Shown here: positions 1-10,798 of the stretch, one piece after another | Numbering within the stretch: the stretch's first letter is position 1 | Layout: each line of letters starts with the position of its first letter | NCBI RefSeq assembly: GCF_006345805.1 | Contig: NC_043001.1 | Span: forward strand, 88,226,001 to 88,290,000 | DNA length: 64,000 nucleotides | Direction: 5' to 3' | From: Octopus sinensis | Taxonomy: Eukaryota | Notes under the pieces: model-generated | The model's database searches: none | The model's input: only the letters and a program-made list of their open reading frames with translations | What the model was told of the DNA's origin: nothing | Position numbers and translations under genes: made by a program

Positions 1-126
1 TGTTCTTTTCTGTTGAAGAGCATAGGCTTAAAACATAAAAGACTTTCTTATTTCTCGAGCGTTAAACTAATACATCCATTTGTTGTTTACACACCCATCT
101 TCGTCTTTTGTCTTTTTTGTAAATTC

Positions 127-130
<4 letters not shown>
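1..130 (+). mobile_element. Short repeat with decayed hammerhead motif running directly into (TA)n; Penelope-like 3' end (same family as 46080-46290)
   Basis: CTTTT-CTGTTGA-A-GAGC-ATAG-GCTT-AAAAC-ATA-AAAGA at 5-42 aligns to the better-preserved motif at 46177-46214, with differences mainly at CpG sites; downstream 90 bp is similar to the reverse complement of 46080-46176. Confidence 0.6.
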
Positions 131-196
<66 letters not shown>

Positions 197-267
197 TATA
201 TATATATATGTATGTATATATATATATATGTGTGTATGTATATATAATATATATATATATATATATA
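131..267. repeat. (TA)n microsatellite
   Basis: Direct inspection. Confidence 0.98.
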
Positions 268-567
268 AAGGGATGCAGAGGAAGTGCAATGTAATCATAA
301 GCAGGTTAATGCAGAATGAAAATTTCATACTTGGTGAGTGCAATCAGCACTAAGAAGATCATGAGCACTAAAAGATCATGAGAAATTGATTTTCTCAAAT
401 GCTCGGCAGGTTTTCTAGTGTAGTTATAACTTTTGTTACAGAGATCATGATGCAATGTCTTCTTTTCCTGTTGTGACAGATTAAAAACTATCTTTACCAT
501 CAAAATGTCTCTTAGTAAAGTTAACAAAGAGCCTGAAGAGAAATTAGCAAAAATATTGGTTTCAAAT

Positions 568-675
568 TTTGGCACAAGGCCAGCAATTTTGGGGAGGGAG
601 TAAATCAATTACATCAACCCCAGTGATCAACTGGTACTTATTTTATTGACCCCCTCCCCACAAGAGGATGAAAGG
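568..675 (-). mobile_element. SINE family A, 3' part
   Basis: Reverse complement of 980-1086 (cctttcatcc...aataagtaccag...ccttgtgccaaaatttgaaac). Confidence 0.8.
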
Positions 676-780
676 TGGCACACATCCTCAGAGAGTTAAT
701 GAAAGAAGGATGGCTGGCAGAGTCATACAGGTAGGTCAGAGGGGAAAACAATGAGAAGGGATGTTGAGGAGCTAGAGAAG

Positions 781-830
<50 letters not shown>

Positions 831-890
831 ATGTGTGTGTGTGAGAGAGAGAGACATTATAATGTGATTCATGTCACTTTAAAGTGGAAA

Positions 891-1086
891 ACTGGCAATA
901 TCATTAGCACCCCAGGCAAAATGCTTAATGGCATTTTGCCCGTCCTTATGTTCTGAGTTCTACTGAGATCGGTTTTGCCTTTCATCCTTTCGGGGTTGAC
1001 AAAATAAGTACCAGTCAATCATTGGGGTTGATGTAATCGACTTACCCCTCCCCCAAAATTGCTGGTCTTGTGCCAAAATTTGAAAC
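891..1086 (+). mobile_element. SINE family A (central gcctttcatcctttcggggtcgataaaataagtaccag domain)
   Basis: About 10 diverged copies in the window on both strands; the domain resembles a conserved SINE-superfamily central domain (from memory, unverified). Confidence 0.8.
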
Positions 1087-1196
1087 ACCAGCATCAAAAT
1101 ATATGAAATATGCTAAGGTTTTAAAAATAAATCTTGCAATGACCAAGTCATGTACTACTTCATGCTATAACACATAATATATAGCATATACACTGA

Positions 1197-1327
1197 TATA
1201 GGTGTAGGAGTGACTGTGTGGTATGTAGCTTGCTTACCAACCTTGGGCAAGTGTCTTCTACTATAGCCTCGGGCTGACCAAAGCCTTGTGAGTGGATTTG
1301 GCAGCTGGAAATTGAAAGAAGCCCATC

Positions 1328-1398
<71 letters not shown>

Positions 1399-1620
1399 AT
1401 ATGTTTGTGTGTCTGTGTTTGTCCCCCCAACATCGCTTGGCAACCGATGCTGGTGTGTTTCCATCCCCATAACTTAACAGTTCGGCAAAAGAGACCGATA
1501 GAATAAGTACTAGGCTTACAAAGAATAAGTCCTGGGGTCGATTTGCTCGACTAAAAGGCGGTGCTCCAGCATGGCCACAGTCAAAAGAGTGAAACAAGTA
1601 AAAGAGTGAAAGAGAGTAAA
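1197..1620 (+). mobile_element. tRNA-derived SINE family B with internal TA/TG microsatellite
   Basis: Head gtggctgtgtggtaag..., ccttgggcaagtgtcttctactatagcc, internal microsatellite and tail gctccagcatggcc...gaaacaagtaaaaga; about 12 copies in the window. Confidence 0.85.
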
Positions 1621-2159
1621 GATATATAGCATGTTATGATATATAAGCAGGAAGGTCAGAAAGTTAAAAGAAAAAAGAAAGGAGGGCATCAAATGAAACA
1701 CACTGGAAAATAAAAGCAATGGTTGTAACATTTTAAATACCCCTTGCAAAGCAAATGTACTGTTAATGTCCATCTGGTTTCAGTATAATGTCAATGACAA
1801 GTGGATTTTCATAAGACAGTGATGCCTTAAGATAATAGACACAGCAGAGAAAAATAACAGCTCAGTTAATTAAAGGATGGTTCATGTGTGTCGGATGATT
1901 GTAAAACATTGATGGTACACATAATACTTACTTATAGACTAGTTGGTGCAGGATAGTGGGAGAATAAGGGAAGAGAGTGGAGGTGGAGATGTGCAGAGTG
2001 TGTGTGGAGTGGAATTTGGATGGGTGTGAGTGAGAGTAGAAGAGAGTAGCTTGTCAAGTGTAGGTGGTGGTGTAGTGTAATAACGAGAAAACAAGAGTCT
2101 TAATTAGATGGTAAATAGTCAGAAGTTAAATGAATCAAAGGCTTGTGGTGTGCATGTTA

Positions 2160-2169
2160 ATAGCCACAC

Positions 2170-2200
<31 letters not shown>

Positions 2201-3073
2201 TATTCATAAATATAAACTACACACATGCAAACCTACATCTCTTATTTGTCTGTGCATGTGTTGATGATGTGCTTGTTTATGCATGAATGATTGAATGTAT
2301 ATATATTTATTTATGTATGCGCGTGCATGTGTGTGTATGTATATATGTATGTATACGTATATATATATATATATATGTATGTATATCATGATATGTATGT
2401 ATATATGTGTGTATGTATATATATATATATATAGAAACACACTGGCCCTCTCCTTAACAAGATCTCAGAACACTCCCCAAATTGCATGCATAAGAATTAT
2501 GCAAACTACAAGAACTATAGACCTACCCGGCAACCAGATTGATGACACCCCCACCCACAACCCCCCCCCCCAATCCCACCGTTCCCCTAGCACCCCCGAT
2601 TACCTTTTCTCCTAAGATCTTTCACATATTGTATGTGCACGCTTGTATATGTGTATCGTATATATGTATAGAAATGTATGGGTATAGTAGGAATATACGC
2701 ATGTATTATGTGTGTGTGTGTGTGTGTGTATGTAAAAAAAAAATATATATATGTATGTGTGTGTGTGTATGTGTGTGTGTGTGTGTATATGTATATATGT
2801 GTGTATGCATATGTATGTGTATATGTATGTGTGTATGTATGTGTATGTATGTATAAAATATTATATAATTAGGGCTTAGTAAAATAAATTACTTTGCCAC
2901 ATACTGAACTTTCTAGAAATAGCAGCCAAAAAAGTTTTTTAGCCTCTTCCACTACTTAAAGAATATTTTCTCTCAGACATTGTTTACTCAATAAAATAAT
3001 GGTCCTTTTACATACTGAATACTTGGTGAAATTGATTAATAACTAATTAACTTTACCCTCAATTGTTGATATA

Positions 3074-3142
<69 letters not shown>

Positions 3143-3149
3143 ATGTGTA

Positions 3150-3180
<31 letters not shown>

Positions 3181-3353
3181 GTGTGTATATATGTATTTAT
3201 ATATATATATATATATGTATATGTATGTGTGTGTGTATATGTATATATATATGTATATATAAGTGTGTTTATGTATATGTAGGTACGTAGAGTTATGTAT
3301 GTGTGTATGTATATGTACATATGTGTAAGTATGTATATATATATATATATATG

Positions 3354-3415
<62 letters not shown>

Positions 3416-3765
3416 AAGTTTATATGTATGTATCCGTCTGTATAATAGGTAACTGCACGTATATATACTTAATATTTATTATTTAGTTTTCGAGTATGCA
3501 TGTATGAATAACTGCGCGTATATATATTTTATTATTTATTTTTTGAGTATGCATGTAAGTATGAACATAAGGAGGCGCGTGTGTGTGTGTGTATGTGTAA
3601 GCATAGATATATGTATACTTTTACGCATGTGTGTACTTATGTGTATATATGGATGCGCGTGTGTGTGTGTGTATGGGTACGCATGTACATGTGTATGTGC
3701 GTGTATGTGTATATGTGTATGTATGTGTGTGTGTATATTTGTATATGTATGTATGTATATGTATG

Positions 3766-3820
<55 letters not shown>

Positions 3821-4017
3821 ATGTATATGTGTATGTGTATGTATTTGTATGTGTATGCATGCGCGTATATATATGTATGTATATGAATACGTGTGGGTGT
3901 GTGTATGTGTATATATGTATGTATGGATGTATGTATGTATGTATACGTATGTATGTGTGTGTGTATGTATATATATATATGTGTATATATATATATATAT
4001 ATATAGATATATATATA

Positions 4018-4060
<43 letters not shown>

Positions 4061-4754
4061 TTGTATGTAGGTGTACATGTATGTGTGTATATATATCTAT
4101 TGGTGTATATGTATAGACTAGCCTTCTAAGAGTGTAGACATGAATCTGTAGGTACGCGTACGTATGTGTATATACGTGAATGTATGTAGATGTATGTATG
4201 TATGAATATAACGCGTGCGTGCGTGTATGTGTATGAGTGTACGAATGAGTGAGTGTGCATGCTAATGAGTGTGCGTGCGTGAATGAGTGCTTGTTTTCAA
4301 GTAGAAAGATAAATGGACTTGCTGTCATAGCCAAAATGCTTGTGACCAGCGGTCAAAGATAACAAAAGTAATAAATGAAGATAATAAAATTAAAATTAGG
4401 GAATGGGTCTGTATTTGTATGTATATGTGTGTATGTGTAGGTATGTATTGGTACACATATGTATATATATATATATGTATATATGTGTATATGTGTGTAT
4501 GTGTATATATGTGTATATAGGGACTTGTGTGTTGTGTGTGCATGTGTGTATGTGGATATGTGTGTGTATGCGTGTATGTGTATGTGTGTGTATGTATATA
4601 TTTTTTTGTGTGTATATGTATGTGTGGTCGTGTGTGTATATATACATGTGTGTATATGTGTATGCATGTATATGTGTGTATGTATATATATATATATATA
4701 TATATATAGATATATATATATGTGTGTGTAGATATGTGTATGTATGTGTATGTG

Positions 4755-4785
<31 letters not shown>

Positions 4786-4850
4786 ATGTATGTGTGTATG
4801 TATATGTGTGCGTGTGTGTGTATATATGTATACATATGTGTATAGGTATA
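2160..4850. repeat. Compound (TA)/(TG)/(TATG) microsatellite block with short interruptions
   Basis: Direct inspection; source of most YI/VC/HT ORFs. Confidence 0.95.
2862..3065. mobile_element. Microsatellite-embedded fragment of the fold-back family seen at 18671-19250
   Basis: ttatataattagggcttagtaaa...gaaatagcagccaaa...cattgtttactcaa matches the 18772-18900 arm; 2998-3060 is the reverse complement of 18671-18750. Confidence 0.7.
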
Positions 4851-5057
4851 AGTGAGAATCTCCTTATTTACCTAAAACTCTATTCTTTTATATATTTTTT
4901 TATTCTTTTATTTATTCTTTTATCTAATTTACCACTGACTCCTTGACCACTCCCCCAAGTATGATATTTTGCGCTATGCCTACCCCCAAAAAGTCCCCCA
5001 CCACCACCCCTTTAAACCTGCCTAAATGTATAAATGCCAATACAATTCTTGTTAACT

Positions 5058-5108
5058 AGCTTCCTGAAGATTTCTCTTGAATGAAACAGTTCTAGTCCTG
5101 TAGAAGCT
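5058..5108 (+). ncRNA. Type I hammerhead ribozyme motif
   Basis: Stem I AGCTTC/GAAGCT; core CTGAAGA; short stem II (TTC/GAA, U-U closing pair); GAAA; stem III ACAG/CTGT with 8-nt loop; cleavage triplet GUA (5100-5102). Confidence 0.7.
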
Positions 5109-5141
5109 CCTTCTATATAATAAATATATATATATATGAAG

Positions 5142-5573
5142 ATAGATAAGGCTGGTCTATGGGATTACGCTGAGTTTCACATCCATAAAGTGCTTAGCTT
5201 TACAGCTTATCATCAGACCCCGAAAACTGTTAGTACATGGCCTCTCTAGGAAGTGAGCTCCCTAGAAATTGGAGGAGGAAAAGACTTTGTTACACTATGC
5301 CAACAAGAGGAGATTGTCTCCCTTCTGCTGTAATTTGTAATCGACTCTTATTGTGTGGGTCCCAGGATGCCAGCAGGAATTTTCTGAAGTGCAAACATAA
5401 AGTGACAAAGTGAAACATAGAGTAACAAAGTCTTTTCCTCTTCCTTTTTCTTGAGAGGCCACTTGCTAGAGAGGCCATGTGCCAACAGGTTTTGGGGTCT
5501 GATGATATGCTGTAAAGCTGAGAACTTTATGGATGTGAAACCCAAAGTAATTCCATAGATTTGCCTTATCTAT
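5142..5573. repeat. Diverged inverted repeat (arms 5142-5299 and 5416-5573) with a hammerhead-like motif in each arm
   Basis: Arms are reverse complements (e.g. gactttgttacactatg / catagagtaacaaagtc); GGGGT-CTGATGA...GAAAC-N5-GTA-AT(T/C)CC at 5494-5554 (+) and 5161-5221 (-). Confidence 0.75.
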
Positions 5574-5625
5574 ACTACTCTATAACTTAGAGCATGCTTC
5601 TTTTTCAGATTTATGATTTACCAAT

Positions 5626-5658
<33 letters not shown>

Positions 5659-5698
5659 TTACATATATATATATTTACATATATATATGCATGCACAT

Positions 5699-5749
<51 letters not shown>

Positions 5750-5929
5750 CACAAACATTGATGTGAGAAAAGATCTTTCAGACATTGGGCTTCACAGAGG
5801 AATGATTGAGGATTGAGACTCATGGCCCTTTTTTGTGCTTGAGAAAATATGTACACCTAAGTAAAAGCATGGTTGTCCTTACATATAGGTATGTCCCCTG
5901 CATCCCTCTCTAAGTGTTCCTCATCTTGT

Positions 5930-7203
5930 GGGCTTGTGATGTCCTATCTAAATCTCAAAGTGGCTTTTGAACTGGTAGAGGAACAATGGATATGATTTTC
6001 ACAGCAAGACAGATGCAGGACAAGTGCTCTGAGCAGAAATGGATCTTGTCCAGGTATTCATTGATTTAACCAAAGCCTTTGATACTGTGAATAGGGCCTT
6101 GCTATGGAAAATACTTGGCAAACTTGGATGTCCAGATCAATTTGTATCTATAATTAAATCATTTCATGATGGGATGGAGGCTTGGGTCAGTGTTGGTGGA
6201 GGCATGGCAGGACCCATTCCTCTAGAGAATGGTGTCAAGCAGTGTGACATCCTTGCCCCAACTCTCTTTTCTTTGTACTTGGCTGCTGCTTTTACTCATG
6301 CTTTTGCTAAGGTTAGCTCTCTGGGAATATATGTCAGGTATCAATCTTCTGGCTGCCTCTTTAATCTACACTGATTTGCTGCCAATTCAAAGTTTTCCAG
6401 TCTCTTATTCGCGACCTCCCTTATGCAGATGACTGTGACTTAGTTGGTCATACAGTGGATGACATGCAAATACTTATGAATCATATTTCTGCTTCTTGCA
6501 AAGCATTTGGACTCTGGTTCCAGCATGGTATCACAAGGCAAACACAAATTGCTGTGTACCATGCATGTGTACTGACATCACTCTTTTACTCATGTGAGAC
6601 ATGGACCCTTTACAAACGTCATGTAAAGGTACTTGAACGCTTCCATCAGAGATGTCTGAGGCACATTCTGAATGTTGGCTGGACCTTAAAAGTCCTGACA
6701 CACATGTCTTGAGGAAAGCTGATATTTTGAGTATTGAGGTGATGGTGCACAAGCACCACTTACATTGGACTGAACACCTTATTAGAACGAAGGATAGCAG
6801 GATCCCTAAACAGATGCTATATGGGGGACTTTTTAGCAGAAAGAGGCCCCAGCAGAAACCAAGGCTGCAATTTAAGGACTGTGTCAAGTCCTCATTAAAG
6901 GCCTGTAATATGCAGGAGGCCAATTATTGCCACAGATGAAGCAAGCAGGTTAAGGAGGGGGGGTCGGTACCTTTGAAAAAGCACATAATCTTCATGAAGA
7001 ATTTAAGCATGCTGCTTCAAAGTGCACTGCTGGTGTAGTGAATAGGGAAAGCTTGGTTTGCAATCATGTATGCATGTCAAGAGCAGGGCTTATTAGCCAC
7101 CAGCAGAGTCACAAATGCAAAATATAAGTTAGTCTTAAAGCATACAATGTTCCTAAAGGTCAGCAATGGTCTTCCTTAGTCATGAGTGGATGGCCATCAT
7201 CAT
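5930..7203 (+). mobile_element. Decayed RTE (BovB-like) LINE, RT and C-terminal region
   Basis: GRGTMDMIF, FIDLTKAFDTVNR, NGVKQCDILAPTLF, ADD, LFYSCETWT, RIPKQMLYG motifs; stops, frameshifts and an internal deletion. Confidence 0.92.
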
Positions 7204-7259
7204 ATATACATACACACACATATATATATATATATATATATTTTGTTTGTTTGTTTTTG

Positions 7260-7630
7260 TTTTTCCAGTTTCAGCTCTTGAGCTGTGGCCATGCTGGGGC
7301 ACCGCCATTGTGGTGAAAGAGTACAGCAGGGATCACCACCCCCTGCCGGAGCCTCGTAGAGCTTTTAGGTGTTTTCGCTCAATAAACACACACAACGCCC
7401 GGTCTGAGAATCGAAACCGCGATCCTGCGACCACTAGGCCATATATATATAGGTATAGATATATAGATATGATGGGCTTCTTTCAGTTTCTGTCTATCAA
7501 ATCCACTCACAAGGCTTTGGTTAGTGTGGGGTTATAGTAGGAGACACCTGCCCTGGGTACCCCACACAGTGGGACTGAACCTGGAACCACGTGGTTGGGA
7601 AGCAAACTTCTTACCTCACAGCCACGACTG
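7260..7630 (-). mobile_element. Two SINE fragments (tRNA-headed SINE at 7260-7440; family B 5' half at 7470-7630)
   Basis: Reverse-complement similarity to family B head and tail. Confidence 0.7.
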
Positions 7631-8115
7631 TGCCTTCTTGTATGTAAAACATGGAATAGGATACAAACTGGGTTGTAAATTTGGAGGCTTCCTCTGAGGG
7701 AGTACTTCTTACAGAGCATCATTCCTGAGAAGTGGATGGAAGGTGGGATTCTACTAAGTTGGTACTAATCCTTGATGACAAGATACCATAAGGACCAGTT
7801 ACATTTGTTGTTCATTATCTATAATTTTTGCTGTAATCGTTTGAGCCTGTGACAGTGAAGACCTCGGGCATTCTCAGACCTTGGATCATATCCCTGCTCA
7901 CTACTATCAGGGCAGAAATGTCTATCCACAAGTGTGAACCCCATGAGTCAGAGTGGCTGTCCCAGCACATATCTCTTACCATCCTCTAGGGTAACACCTT
8001 TTCCATTTTGTCTCTGTTACATCAAAAATTGTAATTAATTAATCTCAAAAACCTAAACAATACTGGTACTCTTGCAACTGATATTCATAATATATATATA
8101 TATACATAGATATAT

Positions 8116-8900
8116 GATCATTGATTAGAGAACAAACATCAAATTTTGGCCAATGACTTCAATACATTTTATCATATACAAATAATACCATGGCCTTCAG
8201 CATACAAAAGAAATACATATATATACACCAAAGGTAAAAAATATATATATGCACATATAAAAATACAAAAATATATAGAAGGACCTGTCTGGTAAAATAT
8301 ATATAAAAATCAACTGAGGTAGGTGACAAAAAATAATTATTAAAACATATCAATCGACTAAAAACTTTTACCCATCGATTAAAAGTATATCAAAATATTC
8401 AGTTCTTAAAAATGAAGCAATCAATGGTAGGTCGGTATCCAAGAAGCATAAGAGAGTTCCAAAGAGGATTGTGGATTTTAACTTAACCCTCTTTGGAACT
8501 CTCTTACGCTCCTTGGATACCAAACCTACCATGGATTGCTTTATTTTTAAGAACTGACAATTTTTGACATATTTTTAATCAATGGGCAAACATTTTTTAG
8601 TTGATTGATATGTTTTAATAATTCTTTCTTATCACCTACTTTAGTCGACAGGTACTTCTATATATTTTTGTATTTTTATATGTGCATAAATATATTTTTT
8701 ACCTTCGGTGTTTATATATGTATTTCTTCTATAAGCTGAAGGCCATGGTATTATTTGTATATGATGACATGTATAGAAGCGTGGGGTTATATAAAGCCAT
8801 TGGCCCAAATTTGATCTTTGTTCTCTAATCAATGATCTTTGTCTCTGTCTCAATTTCACTTGAGCACTTCTGTTTTTGCAGTCCTATATATCTTTCTTTG
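8116..8900. mobile_element. Fold-back element: imperfect inverted repeat 8116-8467 / 8488-8837 with 20-nt loop, right arm extended
   Basis: gatcattgattagagaacaaa / tttgttctctaatcaatgatc at the outer ends; aagagagttccaaagagg / cctctttggaactctctt at the centre; single-arm copy at 58445-58835. Confidence 0.8.
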
Positions 8901-8964
8901 TGTTCCATAAAAAGAAAAGAAAATTATTTCTTGTCACACTATATATATATTTATATCATCATCA

Positions 8965-9135
8965 TCGTTCAGAGTCAATTTTCTGTGCTGGCATAAGTTT
9001 GACAGTTTGACTAGAACTGGTAAGCCAGAGAGCTGTACCAGGCTCCAGTCTGATTTTTACTTGGTTTCTATGGCTGGATGCCCTTCCTAACACCAAGCGC
9101 TCCAAGAGTGAAGTGGGTGCCTTTTACGTGTCACC
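8965..9135 (-). mobile_element. RTE 3' terminal fragment with (ATC)n tail
   Basis: ggctggatgcccttcctaac motif shared with 10430-10600. Confidence 0.8.
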
Positions 9136-9329
9136 AGTATGGTTGCCTTTTACATAAAACTATGTGTATGTGTGTATGTTTGTGTATGTATGTATCTATA
9201 TTCACAAGTCACTATCAAAATCACCTCAATCTTCATTATATCACTGAGAATGGTTCATCAAAATCACACATACTTTTATCATTGATAGTTAAGGTGACTG
9301 TCATCTAAATCGTCTCCATTCAATTTCTG

Positions 9330-10090
9330 TTCTAAAAAAAATATACATCAAATATCTTTAACAACTAAATCATCCAATCCTTCACCTCTTATTGAATTGA
9401 CAATATTAATTATGCTTGATTTTAGATTTCTTTTTTTTTTGTTTTTGTTTTGTATTCTTACTATTCAGAATGAATCCCAATAAAAGTGATTTTTTGACAT
9501 ATACTTAAGGTGACTTTCTTAATTTCAGGAATTGCCATGGCAATTATCTCTACACAATGGAAATTATTATAATTTTTCCATACTTTTAAAACAGTTAAGC
9601 ACTTTTCTTCCGTATCATTCAGTATTTTTTATATGGATATTTGACATAATTTCTCTTAAAATTACAAATTATGCTTTGATTTAATGGTTGGATAAATGAT
9701 GTAATATCAGGTGTTAAGAATAGGACTTTAATGTTCGAGTGTTCTAAATCACATGGATGTGCTGGAATGTTATCAATTAGTAATAAAATTTTTAAGTCAA
9801 TATCATTTTCTTTTGCATAAATTTCAGCTCCAAGAACAAAGTTTAATAAAACCAAATATTTTATTTGCATGCCAATGAAACGAGAGGGTATTTTTTATTC
9901 AATCATAGATTAACAACCCTATTAATAAATAATGTTGTTATGAAACAGTCACCTAATATATTACAGCATAAAAATGATGATGATAATGATGACGATTTTG
10001 AATTTTTGATGTTTTTAAACCATTTTTCTGTTTTTGATATAAAAGTTCACTTTGCATTACTACATTTAATATGTAAAGTGGGAAAAAATG
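9330..10090 (-). mobile_element. Decayed pogo/Tigger-type DDE transposase
   Basis: ORF 9619-9870: KILLLIDNIPAHP...NIKVLFLTPDITSFIQPLNQSIICNFK (DDE_1-like); outer boundaries approximate. Confidence 0.85.
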
Positions 10091-10232
10091 GCAAATTCCA
10101 AAAACTATGCTAAAGGGAAACTGCATACTGAGTACTGTGAGACTAAATGACATCTGTTTATGCAGTGTGTGTGCATGGGTATGTGTGTGTGTGTATTCAT
10201 CAATAAATATATAATCTCTCTCTCTCTTTCTG

Positions 10233-10274
<42 letters not shown>

Positions 10275-10798
10275 GCAATGGCTCCATAATTACCGTCTCG
10301 GCTATAACCTTGGAGCTCTAGTGATCTGTTACAGCACTTACCTAGCACCTAATTATTTAGATCACCTGTGAACTAAACCTCCCATACTTTGTATATATAT
10401 ATATATATCATCATCATCATCATCATCATCGTTTAACGTCCGCTTTCCGCGCTAGCACGGGTTGGACGGTTCGACCGGGTCTGGGAAGCCAGGGGCCGCT
10501 CCAGGCTCCAGTCTGAATCTGGCAGAGTTTCTACGGCTGGATGCCCTTCCTAACGCCAACCACTCCGTGAGTGGATTGGGTGCTTTTTACGTGCCACCTG
10601 CACAGGGGCCGGAGGGTCCAGCATCGGTCACGATCGGTTCGAGCATTTTAACGTGTCAGCGGCACGGGGGCAACGAGGTCCGGGGTACTTTGGGGATCGG
10701 AGTACTTTGGGGATCCAGGGTACTTTGGGGATCCGGGGTACTTAGAATGGGTAGGGGGTATGTGGAATTGCTGCAGAAAGCAGCCCGGGTCTTTGTAG

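Noticed and set aside
306-560. Minus-strand ORF with a good acceptor near 531
   Set aside because: No recognisable protein; a single splice-like site is insufficient
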